From Selaginella moellendorffii (lineage: Eukaryota > Plantae > Lycopodiophyta): a stretch of DNA of 64,000 nt. The stretch lies in assembly GCF_000143415.4 (NCBI RefSeq), contig NW_003314366.1:524132-588131 (forward strand), given 5' to 3'. Below the pieces are notes generated by a model. The model was not told where the DNA came from and searched no databases. It worked only from the letters and a program-made list of their open reading frames with translations. Shown piece after piece: positions 38,161-50,155 of the stretch. Numbering within the stretch: the first letter of the stretch is position 1; each line of letters begins with the position of its first letter. The translations under genes and the position numbers were made by a program.

Positions 38161-38579
38161 GTTCGCGGGGCCTTACGAGATTGAGGCACGAATCGGTAAA
38201 GTGGCTTACCGACTCCGACTTCCTCGAGAGATGGGGAAGATGCACCCAGTGTTCCATGTGAACTTACTCAAGCCGTACTTTGAGGATCCGCTTCGCAAGG
38301 ACCAAGTAAGACCTTTACCTGAGGTTATCCAAGGGGAAGAGGAATACGAAGTCGAGGCCATCCTCAATGCGCGCAAGAGCAAGCGACAAGGACGCGAGGT
38401 GAGAGAGTTCCATGTGAAGTGGAAAGGATTTCCACACTGCGAAGCAACATGGGAACCGGAGGAGAACCTAGCGAACGCGCGAGATCTAGTGGAGGAATTT
38501 CTGCATGGCAGAACTCTATGTACTTATGCAAAGTTCAATTAAAAATATCAATTTGCAAAGTTGAGCAAGTGGCATATGT

Positions 38580-38930
38580 TGGGACCCGAAGGCGCGCCAA
38601 AGGTGAGCTAATTAGCATGGGTTAGCTAGGTCGACCAGGCGTAGGGAGCTACGCCCGACTCCCTGCGGGGATGTCGAAACCGTAGACGTATTCTATGGAG
38701 GTTGGGTTCGAGTCCCAACCCCCTAGTAAAGCAAGGCTGGGTTCAAGTCCCGACCTCATACTAGGGCGTGGTGAGGGGAGGAGTATAGGGACACCTATAT
38801 TCCGTTGTCATGAGCTCTTGGCCGGGGAGGCTAACTTAGGCACACCGCTAAGTGGGGGGATGCCCCCGGAGACATGGTCAACAAGTCGTAGGATAAAAAA
38901 GAGACGTTCGATGTGGGCATCGAACTTCTT
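38580..38930 (+). other. Hairpin-dense 3' non-coding region with two tRNA T-arm / B-box-like motifs
   Basis: GGTTGGG-TTCGAGT-CCCAACC (38700-38720), GGCTGGG-TTCAAGT-CCCGACC (38735-38755), GGCGTAG/CTACGCC, GGAGTATAGG/CCTATATTCC and GTTCGATG/CATCGAAC stems. Confidence 0.55.
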
Positions 38931-38932
38931 CT

Positions 38933-38946
38933 ATGGGTGGTGGAGT
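38933..38946 (+). promoter_or_regulatory. Polypurine tract
   Basis: ATGGGTGGTGGAGT directly before the 3' LTR. Confidence 0.75.
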
Positions 38947-40094
38947 TGTAAGGAACCAACTCGCCGAGGTGTCGTAGGCTAAGGGAACCCCGAAAGCATG
39001 ACCAAAATGACAAAGAGTTCATCGGATGGGACCAAGTCAAAGATCGAGTCCAAGACCGACTCTAGGACCGAGTTCGAGATAGAGTCCGGAATCGAGTCCA
39101 AGACCGACTCGGGGACCGAGTTCGAGTCCGAGTTCAAGACCGAGTTCGAGACGGAGTCCGAGATCCGAAATCGGGTCCGAGACCGAGTCCGAAGTCGAGT
39201 CCGAGGTCGGGCCCGAGATCGGGTCCGAGATCGAGTCCACGATCGAGTCCGAGACCGAATCCGAAGTCGGATCCGAAATCGGATCCGAGATCGAGCCAGA
39301 GACTAAGTCCAAATACTAATACGGGTCAAGGGGTGAAAGCCCAAAGCGTGCGTCCCCCAGGGGGGGGGGGCTGCAGGGGGTTCCAAAAGTATAGTAGGGA
39401 TAGTGAGGTCCAGGAACCAGTTTTGAAGGGACTCTCCAGTTGGGCTTCCAAACCGACTTGAGGTTGGGACTGGGACTAAGGGGCCTTGGGTGGGAGTGAG
39501 CGTGGACTTGGCTGGTGCCGGAGGGGCCATCCAAGGAAGTGCTCAAGAGCAGCTCCCACTCCCGAAAGGGAAACCGATTGCGGTGCTCCCGGCTCATGTG
39601 GAGTGGTGCCCCACTTGAGTACCATGCGGCTCATTGGTCCTCGCCCTTCCTAGGGGCTTGGGCCTTCCTTCGGGATGGAAGTGGGGGGCGAGAGGTACCC
39701 ATACCGGGCCGTTAGGCCACGGTGTTTCGCCCCGGCGTCCCGAAGCAAGTGTTGCACTCAAGACTTGGGATTTAGAGGGTCCCATGATCAAGTCTTGTGG
39801 TACCAAGGGATGTTAGGAACCTGGAAGCTTGGTGTGCTTGGCTGCTTGTGCTTGCGGGGAGTGTAGCCGAACCTTAAGTCCAGTCTAACCCGGGGAGGGG
39901 GATTGGGAGTGATTTGGGAATCCGTGGAAGGATGGCTAACACTCCGTTGCTCGTGCAGTGAGTAGCTGAAACCAAGTAGGAGCTGGTACCATAGGCGAGA
40001 ACCTTGGCAAGGGAACTTAGCAAAAGCCAAGGCAGTGTTGGACGGATAGACAAGGTAAGCTGGCAAATTGGAAAGGAAAAATTTGTGGCTTACA
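38947..40094 (+). repeat. 3' LTR of copy 1
   Basis: TGTAAGG...GGCTTACA, 1148 bp. Confidence 0.95.
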
Positions 40095-42624
40095 GTGGGG
40101 ACCAAAAAAGGAATATTGGGGAAGGCTACTCCTCATGTTTGTGGTCATCCTAAGGATGCTAAAGAGTGGATCTGGGATGACCACTCATGGGCAAATGGCC
40201 CAATCTTTGAGAGACAGGATTGTGATGTAGGTGGTGTTGGATCATTGATATGACAAAGGTGAATAGACATGGCATTAGTGTAACAGACTGATAAATTGGT
40301 GGTACCTTTGAGTGTCAGTCATGGGATTGGACATGTGGAGCACTTGGACCAAGTACAAATGTTGAGTGGCATGGATGCCATTCTTGGGGCTAGCAAGCCC
40401 CAAGTCCTAAATAGGACTTATAGAGGTTGTGAATGAGACTTTTCTAAGTGGTTAAAGGTGTGGTTAAGTGACTAAAGTAGAATGGAAAATTAATCACTTA
40501 CAATTTGGTCTAGGCTTGATATTAGAAGGATTGGGTTACAATGTTTAATTTTTTTCTAGGGAACTTTGCTATTACTTCTTGAGTAGCTCGGTGTTGGATT
40601 AGTTTCAAATTTGGTCAGAAAAAAAGTGCCATAAGCTTGTCCATATTACAAATAAAGTTGGTGGTGTTAAGTGTCATAAATCTCTACTGGTGAGTATGAT
40701 ATTTATGTTATATTTTGTCGAATTGAGTTGGCACTTGATACTCATTTAAATCTTTATAGTAATGATATAGGTGTTGCTCATGGTATTACTTTATTGATGA
40801 TCAAGTCATTATGATATTTATATCATATCTATGTGATCATGAGTAATGTGTTTATGAAGTTGCTTGGTTAAACAATAATCAACCCCAAAGTGCTTGATGG
40901 TGAAGTTAATTTACCTGTAAGTAGTAGCATTATAGTAACTTTGATTGAGTTTTCAGAAATGATCCATTATGCTAAGTTAGTGATGGTACCTTGGTTCCTT
41001 GAGTGTTTGCTTATTGAGGTTTTAGAAAATGTTGTAGCATTCATTTGTTATAATTTGATGTTTTATTTTTAACATTTGGAGTAGATTTTTGGATGGAAAA
41101 GGTGTGTAGTTGAGACATTAGAATTGTTAACACTTGTGTTAGTGAAAGTGGCATTACTATGTCGAGTGATGAGGAATATTCTTTGGAACTTGGTTTTTTA
41201 TATTATTTTTTTTGTTAATGTTTTGGTACCACATTGGATATTGAAGGTGATTGAAGAATAGAGTTAGTGCAATATGGATATCCAAAGATATGGTCTTCGT
41301 GTTAAAGTTTTTGATATTCATTAGCATACAGATATTGATGTTAGATAATGGATATGTAGGCATGATATTCAATGTTTAGGCATACTAATAAGTCATAATA
41401 ATTTATGTTGAGATGAACCGATGTGAAGTTGTAAATAGAAAGAAGTTAGTTGAGTCTTGAGAAATTGTATTTCTAGACTAAGAGTCATTCTTTCTCTAGG
41501 ATGGAAGATTTTCCATAATTTTTTTAAAGTTTTTCCAATGGCTAATCTATTAATCATTTTGCCCAAAACCCATTTTATTTCATGAGCCTTTACAAACTAA
41601 TGAAGGGGTTGACTTTGGCTAGCTTAATACAAAAGACTAAATTTTCCATTCTACTTTAGTCACTTAACCACACCTCCAGCCATTTACAAAAGTTTTACTC
41701 ACAACCTTTATAAGTCTTATTTTGGACTTAGGGACATACTAACCCTGAGAATGGCATCTATGCCACTCAACCTTTGCACTTGGTCCAAGTGCTCCACATG
41801 TCCGATCCCATGACTGACACCCAAAGGTACTATTGACATATGCTAAGGCTATGCCCATTCACCTATGTCACACCAGTGATCCAACACCACCTACATCATA
41901 GTCCCATTTCTCAAAGACTAGACCATCTATCCATGAGTGATCATCCTAAATCCCCTTAAATAGAAAAACTTCTCTCAATCTTCACAACCTTAAACATTAA
42001 ATAGCACCTCCTATCCATTATTTGTTAAGGACTTAGTCCTTTGGGCTTTATCTAATGCCCTCATGATCCCAAACACCACTCCCTAGTGTTTTAGAGTGTT
42101 TATATGTCCCAACGATAACTTTATTTGATAGTGAGCATTTCCCTTTATAACATTAAATTACTATATCTCAACATAAGCAATTTATCCTCCGAAAGGGTAT
42201 ACCTAACCTCTTTATCCTAATAACAAGTCTTGGGTAATTAACTTCTACCAATCTAATTGATTATTTTGCACCTTTTATTTAATGGCCTCATATTCGTTAA
42301 ATCCTACAACTCATTACTAGTACTTCCACACCTTTATCATTATTTGGGTCACCACACTCTAATCACATGCCTTTCAACTTAGGCTATGCCATTTTCATTT
42401 CTATTAGGATTCCTTTGGTAAAGGGTTCTTATGAACCCACTCACTTGACCTCAAGGCATCACATCTTGGCATATTTGGTATCACCACACTATCGGCTCTA
42501 CAAGCCTACCTTTACAACACTTCCCACTTGTGTTTAGGTCTTTGCCAAGACCAAAGCAGTTATTTCTCATGCTAACTATTAGTTAATACTGCACTATAGT
42601 GTAGGGTATACTATACCCTAAACC

Positions 42625-43772
42625 TGTAAGCCACAAATTTTTCCTTTCCAATTTGCCAGCTTACCTCGCCTATCTGTCCAACACCGCCTTGGCTTTTGCT
42701 AAGTTCCCTTGCCAAGGTTCTCGCCTATGGTACCAGCTCCTACTTGGTCTCAGCTACTCACTGCACGAGCAACGGAGTGTTAGCCATCCTTCCACGGATT
42801 CCCAAATCACTCCCAATCCCCCTCCCCGGGTTAGACTGGACTTAAGGTTCGGCTACACTCCCCGCAAGCACAAGCAGCCAAGCACACCAAGCTTCCAGGT
42901 TCCTAACATCCTTTGGTACCACAAGACTTGATCATGGGACCCTCTAAATCCCAAGTCTTGAGTGCAACACTTGCTTCGGGACGCCGGGGCGAAACACCGT
43001 GGCCTAACGGCCCGGTATGGGTACCTCTCGCCCCCCACTTCCATCCCGAAGGAAGGCCCAAGCCCCCAGGAAGGGCGAGGACCAATGAGCCGCATGGTAC
43101 TCAAGTGGGGCACCACTCCACTTGAGCCGGGAGCACCGCAATCGGTTTCCCTTTCGGGAGTGGGAGCTGCTCTTGAGCACTTCCTTGGATGGCCCCTCCG
43201 GCACCAACCAAGTCCATGTTCACTCCCACCCAAGGCCCCTCGGTCCCAGTCCCAACCTCATGTCAGTTTGGGAGCCCCACTGGAGAGTCCCTTCTAAACT
43301 GGTTCCTGGACCTCACTATCCCTACTATACTTTTGGAACCCCCTGCAGCCCCCCCCCCCTGGGAGACGCACGCTTTGGGCTTTCACCCCTTGACCCGTAT
43401 TAGTATTTGGACTTAGTCTCTGGCTCGATCTCGGACCCGATTTCGGATCCGACTTCGGATTCGGGTTCGGACTCGATCTCGGACTCGATCTCGGACCCGA
43501 TCTCGGACCCGACCTCGGACTCGACCTCGGACTCGGTCTCGGACCCGATTTCGGATCTCGGACTCCGTCTCGAACTCGGTCTCGAACTCGGACTCGAACT
43601 CGGTCCCCGAGTCGGTCTCGGACTCGATTCCGGACTCGATCTCGAACTCGGTCCTAGAGTCGGTCTTGGACTCGATCTTCGACTTGGTCCCATCCGATGA
43701 ACTCTTTGTCATTTTGGTCATTCTTTCGGGGTTCCTTTAGCCTACGACACCTCGGCGAGTTGGTTCCTTACA
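42625..43772 (-). repeat. 3' LTR of copy 2
   Basis: TG...CA termini; near-identical to 49008-50155. Confidence 0.95.
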
Positions 43773-44556
43773 ACTCCACCACCCATAGAAGAAGTTCGAT
43801 GCCCACATCGAACGTCTCGTTTTATCCTACGACTTGTTGACCATGTCTCCGGGGGCATCCCCCCACTTAGCGGTGTGCCTAAGTTAGCCTCCCCGGCCAA
43901 GAGCCCATGACAACGGAATATAGGTGTCCCTATACTCCTCCCCTCACCACGCCCTAGTATGGGGTCGGGACTTGAACCCAGCTTTGCTTTACTAGGGGGT
44001 TGGGACTCAAACCCAACCTTCGTAGAATACGTCTACGGATTCGACATCCCCGCAGGGAGTCGGGCGTAGCTCCCTACGCCTGGTCGACCTAGCTAACCCA
44101 TGCTAATTAGCTTACCTTCGGCGCGCCTTCGGGTCCCAACATATGCCATTGCTCAACTTCTCAAATTGATATTTTTAATTGAACTTTGCATAAGTACATA
44201 GAGTTCTGCCATGCAGAAATTCCTCCACTAGATCTCGCGCGTTCGCTAGGTTCTCCTCCGGTTCCCATGTTGCTTCGCAGTGTGGAAATCCTTTCCACTT
44301 CACATGGAACTCTCTCACCTCGCGTCCGTGTCGCTTGCTCTTGCGCGCATTGAGGATGGCCTCGACTTCGTATTCCTCTTCCCCTTGGATAACCTCAGGT
44401 AAAGGTCTTACTTGGTCCTTGCGAAGCGGATCCTCAAAATACGGCTTGAGTAAGTTCACGTGGAACACGGGATGCATCTTCCCCATCTCTCGAGGAAGTC
44501 GGAGACGGTAAGCCACTTTACCGATTCGAGCCTCAATCTCGTAAGGCCCCGCGAAC

Positions 44557-44608
44557 CTGCTTAAGGAACTCAAGATCAATTCATTTACAGGAATACATGC
44601 ATTTTTAC
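44557..44608 (-). other. 52-bp integrase intron, copy 2
   Basis: Same position and length as 38109-38160; one substitution. Confidence 0.88.
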
Positions 44609-45026
44609 CTTTGGGTCAACTTCCGGCTGATCCCACTTGGTAGCCTGAGGTTCTTGGTGTTCAGCCACACCTTCTCCCCAGCTTGGAACTCCACATCTCG
44701 ACGCTTTTGGTTCGCGTACTTAGTTTGCCTTTGTTGAGCCCGTTCCAAGGAATCCCTCACTAGATTCCAAATGTTGAGTCTTTCCGCCGTGAATGCCTCC
44801 ACTGCGGGTAACTCTCCATGATACTCGGCCACGCCGAGTTCCACAGGACCTTCAATAGCTCGCCCATTGATGACTTCCCATGGACTCACCCCGATGCTCG
44901 AATGTGGTGAGTTGTTATAACACATTTCCGCAAGTCCCAAATGACTTACCCAGTCGGTCTGGTCTCCCGAGACATAGCACCGCAAATAATCCTCCAGCTG
45001 CCTATTCACCCTTTCCGTTTGTCCGT

Positions 45027-45073
45027 CTGTCAAGAAGTGTTAGTGCCATCAATCTTGACTCAATACCCATTAC
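45027..45073 (-). other. 47-bp integrase intron, copy 2
   Basis: Same position and length as 37644-37690; 7 substitutions but GTA, CTAAC and the 3' end are unchanged. Confidence 0.88.
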
Positions 45074-48000
45074 CTGTCTGTGGGTGATAGGCCGTGCTGA
45101 ATTTCAACTTGGTGCGATATTGTTCTAAGAGTGTCCTCCAGAACCTATTGGTGAAGATCTTATCTCGATCTGAGATAATCTCTTCCGGCCTTCCCCGCAC
45201 TCGAACCACTTGTTCGAAGAACAGCTTTGCCACACCTTCCGCATCCACATCCGTTGTGGTGGGTATGAAATGTGCCATCTTTGAAAATCGGTCCACCACC
45301 ACGAATATCGCATCGAACCCCTCGCTTGGGGGTAGTCCCGTGATGAAGTCCATCGTGAGACATTTCCACGGACGATCTGGAATGGGGATGCTTTGCAACA
45401 AGCCCCCACTAGCCTTCGTCACGGCTTTGACCTGCTGACATGTTGGACATGTCTTTACATAGTCTTGGACGTCCTTAGCCATATCTGGCCAGTGATACTT
45501 CCTTTTTGAGTAAGCCCATCGTCTTGGGCACTCCGCCGTGTCCCGCGAGAGGTCCGTCATGACACTCTTCCAAGGCTACTTTCCTTAGTTCCCCTTCTGG
45601 AACATACACCCTCGTTTGCTTGTAATATATGAGTTCGTTGCGTTCCGCATAGCCCGTTTTCTCTTCCGTTGGCAGCTCACCTCTCTGGTGAGCTTCCCGC
45701 GCCTCCAGATTCCTCAGCAACACTTCTTGTGCTAGACCATCACTCTCGTATGCGGTCCGCACATCGTCCCAAAAGGTTGCTGTCGCGCTAGATATCGCCA
45801 ACTTCAAGCTCGCTTTTCGACTTAGCGCATCTGCCACGATGTTGCTCTTCCCAGGCTTGTACAGGATCTCGCAATCAAACTCGGCCAAAGCATTGGCCCA
45901 CCGACCTTGTTTTCCCCTTAGGTCGGGCTGTGACAAGAAGTGTTTCGTTGCCACATTGTCCGTGTAAACCTTGAAGTGTCTCCCAAGGTAGTGTCGCCAC
46001 TCCTTGAGCGCCTTGACCACCGCAAACAATTCCTTCTCGTGGGCAGGCCACTTCCGTTGAGCCTTGTCCAGCTTCTTCGAGAAGAACGCTACTGGATGGT
46101 TGTCTTGCTTCAAAACTGCGCCCAACGCAAAGTCCGAAGCATCCGTGTCTACCTCAAAGTCCTTACCAAAGTCTGGTAATGCCAACACCGGAGCCTTCCT
46201 CAACTTCCCTTTGAGGTGGACGAATGCCACCTCGCATTCCGCCGTCCATACCATCTTCCCTTTTCCTGTTTGGTCCGTTAAGGGCAGGGCTACTCTCGAA
46301 TAGTGTCTGATAAACTTTCGATAGTAGTTGCATAGCCCCAGGAACGCCCTCAACTCATGTACATTCGATGGTCGTTCCCATTCCTGGATCGCTTGGACCT
46401 TCTCCGGGTCCACCTTGAGCCCGTCCTGGCCCACCACATGCCCGAGAAACTTTACCTCTTGTTGAGCAAAGTCACATTTGCTCTCTTTAGCATACAGTTT
46501 GTGTTCCCTTAGTTTCTCAAACACCTTCGCCAAGTGTTCGGCATGCTCCTCTAGCGTCTCGCTATAGATCAGGATGTCGTCAATATAGACGACCACGAAG
46601 CGATCCAGATAGGGTACAAAGATGTGGTTCATCAACGCCAAAAACGTTGCCGGCGCATTGCACAGCCCAAAGGGCATCACCAAAAACTCAAAGCTCCCAT
46701 ACCTCGTTCGACAGGTTGTCTTCTCGACATCTTCCTCAGCTACCCTGATCTGGTAGTATCCTGACCTTAGGTCAATCCTCGAGAAGTATTTTGCTTTTCC
46801 CAACCTATCGAACAGGTCCTCGATCCTTGGCAAAGGGTACTTGTTCTTCTTGGTATACTTGTTGAGCAACCAGTAGTCTATGCACATGCGCATAGATCCA
46901 TCTTTCTTTTTCACAAATAGCACCGGCGCCCCATACGGCGACTTGCTCAACCTAACATACCCTTTGTCCACCAACTCCTCTAGTTGGCTCTTGAGCTCCT
47001 TGAGTTCTTTTTCGTTCAATCGATAGGGTGGACGAACCACCGCCTCAGCACCCTCGACCAGCTCAATCTTATGTTCTATAGGTCGTGCGGGGGGCAACCC
47101 CGCCGGTAGCTCCTCCGGCATCGTATCCTAGAATTGGTCCAGCACCTGCTGGATCACTAAAGGTACTTCTTCCGTTCTTGTCTTTTTGTCACTCTTCACC
47201 GAGAGTAAGCACAAAAAGGCTGCCTTAGTTCCTTTAGTGAGTTGTCCTCTCGTGGACACCAGGTTTAAGCATGACTCTTTGGCCTTGCTTTGCCCTACCT
47301 TTAGATCCTGGGCCTCCACCCTAGATCTTCTTCCTTGGGCATTCGCCAATACCACAAGGTTCCTACCTTGTCCATGCAGGGCTACCACGAACCGATTAAA
47401 CCAATCCATTCCAAAGATCACGTCAAATCCCGCCATGTCCAAGACGGTGAAATCCATGTCCACTTTCCATGTCCCCACTTCGACTCTCGCTTGTCGAAGT
47501 ACCTCATCGGTGCTTTGGCTACCTTGAACAAACTCTATAGTCCTTGGTTCGCCTAGCCGCTGCACCGTTAGTCCGGCTTGCCGGACTATGTCTGCAGCCA
47601 CAAAATTATCCGAAGCACCCGTGTCAATAAGGATTTTAACAAAGCTACCTCCGAGCTTCCCTCGGAGGGCTAGTAGATGTCGCGAACGACTCTCTACCAA
47701 AGTTGCTCGTGTAATGAGTAACTTTGAGTTAGGGACTGGATCACATACCTCAGTTTGGACTTCACCCGACTTGATGGCCATATTGGCTCTGGCCTTTTTC
47801 GGGTAGGGACATTCCCTCGAGAAGTGTCCCGCTTCGCCGCAGTTGTAGCATACGTTGTTGCCCACGCTGCTATACGACTTGACCTTCTTATCCGTGGGTT
47901 TGTCTTTTTTCGCTTGATTTCCCCATGTACTCGCTCGCTGGCCACCGGATTTGCCTTTCCGGAACCCCGAGGACTCATTCTTAGAGAAACTCTTCTTGAA

Positions 48001-49007
48001 TTTCCCCTTGCTATATGTTCCCCTCGGTTTGGCCCCTTTGTGAAACGTGGATCCCGACCCCGTCGTGTTCCCCTTTCGCAGGTTATCGTTGAAATGCACC
48101 TTGATGGCCGCATCCAACGCTTCCTTGTAGTTGGTCGGGTTCCAGCGCATCACCTCACCGCGAGCCCAGGTTTGCAAACCTGATATAAAGGCATGGAACG
48201 CATCCATATCCCCCATGTCCGTGACAAGTATCCTCTTTGCCATGAACCCATTCACATATTCCTGGATGGTTCCAGTTTGCTTCAGCCTACTCAACTCATC
48301 TCTCAGATGCAGAGTGGCATTCGGAGGAACGTATGTCGCACGGATCCTCGCCTTCATCATGTCCCAGGTGGCCACCGGTCCTTCGTTGGCCTCCGTTGTT
48401 CTCCACCAAGACTTGGCATTATCTGCCAAGTATGGTTTTGCACATGGGACCTTCTCCGAGCTCGGTAACCGCAACGCTCGGAAGTAGTCCTCCATATCGT
48501 AAAACCAATCCTCCACAACCTTATAGTCGTTCACTCCCTTGAACACCGGTGGGGGCTTTGGTTTGTACTTGGGAACTGCCTGAGGGACTGATTCCACTTC
48601 GGTCTGTTCGACCTTGTCTGGTTTTGCCTCAGTCCCTGCCGAAGGGTCCGCACCTTCTGCGCTGCCAGCATCCGCAGTCTTTCGCTTTTTCTTTCGCTTC
48701 TCGTCACGCTTTAACTTGCGTACGAGAGTCTCCAGCAGGGCATTGGTCTGTGCCAACTGTCCTTCTAGCACGTTCAATCGAGCCTTGGACGACCGAACCT
48801 CGCCACCGGACTCCTGTTTGGAAGTTTCCTCACTGGAGTCCTCCTCATGCAAGGATTCCTCATCCATAGCCTCTTGTTCAACCGGAGGCTCCAGCTCCGG
48901 CGGAGGTTCCGTCTCCGCCTGGGTTCGCTTACGCCCTGCCCTTGCCATCTCCCAGCAATCCGCCTCTATCCTTCGGTAGAACTGAGATAAAGGCTCCGAT
49001 ACCAAAT

Positions 49008-50155
49008 TGTAAGCCACAAATTTTTCCTTTCCAATTTGCCAGCTTACCTCGCCTATCTGTCCAACACCGCCTTGGCTTTTGCTAAGTTCCCTTGCCAAGG
49101 TTCTCGCCTATGGTACCAGCTCCTACTTGGTCTCAGCTACTCACTGCACGAGCAACGGAGTGTTAGCCACCATCCACGGATTCCCAAATCACTCCCAATC
49201 CCCCTCCCCGGGTTAGACTGGACTTAAGGTTCGGCTACACTCCCCGCAAGCACAAGCAGCCAAGCACACCAAGCTTCCAGGTTCCTAACATCCTTTGGTA
49301 CCACAAGACTTGATCATGGGACCCTCTAAATCCCAAGTCTTGAGTGCAATACTTGCTTCGGGACGCCGGGGCGAAACACCGTGGCCTAACGGCCCGGTAT
49401 GGGTACCTCTCGCCCCCCACTTCCATCCCGAAGGAAGGCCCAAGCCCCCAGGAAGGGCGAGGACCAATGAGCCGCATGGTACTCAAGTGGGGCACCACTC
49501 CACTTGAGCCGGGAGCACCGCAATCGGTTTCCCTTTCGGGAGTGGGAGCTGCTCTTGAGCACTTCCTTGGATGGCCCCTCCGGCACCAACCAAGTCCATG
49601 CTCACTCCCACCCAAGGCCCCTCGGTCCCAGTCCCAACCTCAAGTCAGTTTGGGAGCCCCACTGGAGAGTCCCTTCTAAACTGGTTCCTGGACCTCACTA
49701 TCCCTACTATACTTTTGGAACCCCCTGCAGCCCCCCCCCCCCTGGGAGACGCACGCTTTGGGCTTTCACCCCTTGACCCGTATTAGTATTTGGACTTAGT
49801 CTCTGGCTCGATCTCGGACCCGATTTCGGATCCGACTTCGGATTCGGGTTCGGACTCGATCTCGGACTCGATCTCGGACCCGATCTCGGACCCGACCTCG
49901 GACTCGACCTCGGACTCGGTCTCGGACCCGATTTCGGATCTCGGACTCCGTCTCGAACTCGGTCTCGAACTCGGACTCGAACTCGGTCCCCGAGTCGGTC
50001 TCGGACTCGATTCCGGACTCGATCTCGAACTCGGTCCTAGAGTCGGTCTTGGACTCGATCTTCGACTTGGTCCCATCCGATGAACTCTTTGTCATTTTGG
50101 TCATTTTTTCGGGGTTCCTTTAGCCTACGACACCTCGGCGAGTTGGTTCCTTACA
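49008..50155 (-). repeat. 5' LTR of copy 2
   Basis: Adjacent to PBS (rc ggctccgatacca). Confidence 0.95.

Larger units (their letters stand above)
33770..38542 (+). pseudogene. gag-pol: gag-pol polyprotein (Gag, CCHC, PR, RT, RNaseH, IN, chromodomain) with two introns in IN and two premature stops
   Basis: CYNCGEAGHFSREC; LIDTGA; YIDDIL; DTDASD; [15 protein letters not shown]; MDFITGL; YHPQT|DGQTER; GPY; EYEVEAIL..VKWKGF..TWEPEENL; stops at 35156-35158 and 37514-37516 are CAG and CGA in copy 2. Confidence 0.95.
32560..40094 (+). mobile_element. Full-length Ty3/Gypsy chromovirus, family A copy 1
   Basis: Two ~1.15 kb near-identical LTRs, TSD GTGGG (32555-32559, 40095-40099), PBS, PPT, gag-PR-RT-RH-IN-chromodomain. 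Confidence 0.97.
31224..40502 (+). mobile_element. Family-B solo LTR (~1.74 kb net) split by the young element at 32560-40094
   Basis: TGTGAGA...CACTTACA termini; 5-bp TSD ATTTG at 31219-31223 and 40503-40507; GAGATG/GAGTCC array 31450-31930. Confidence 0.85.
44175..48948 (-). pseudogene. gag-pol: gag-pol polyprotein of copy 2, two introns in IN, one premature stop and one frameshift
   Basis: ATG 48948 (MARAGRKR); TAG at 47128-47130 (CAG in copy 1); +1 frameshift ~45505; introns 45027-45073 and 44557-44608. Confidence 0.95.
42625..50155 (-). mobile_element. Full-length Ty3/Gypsy chromovirus, family A copy 2 (no matching TSD)
   Basis: LTRs 42625-43772 and 49008-50155 (1148 bp each), PBS 48992-49004, PPT from 43773, same gene order as copy 1. 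Confidence 0.97.

Noticed and set aside
38700-38755. tRNA genes or a tRNA-derived SINE
   Set aside because: Only T-arm-like hairpins; no acceptor stem, D-arm/A-box or anticodon arm recognised
47128-49098. N-terminal extension of Gag starting inside the LTR
   Set aside because: Non-ATG start, and the frame has a TAG in copy 1; the likely start is MARAGRKR at 48948
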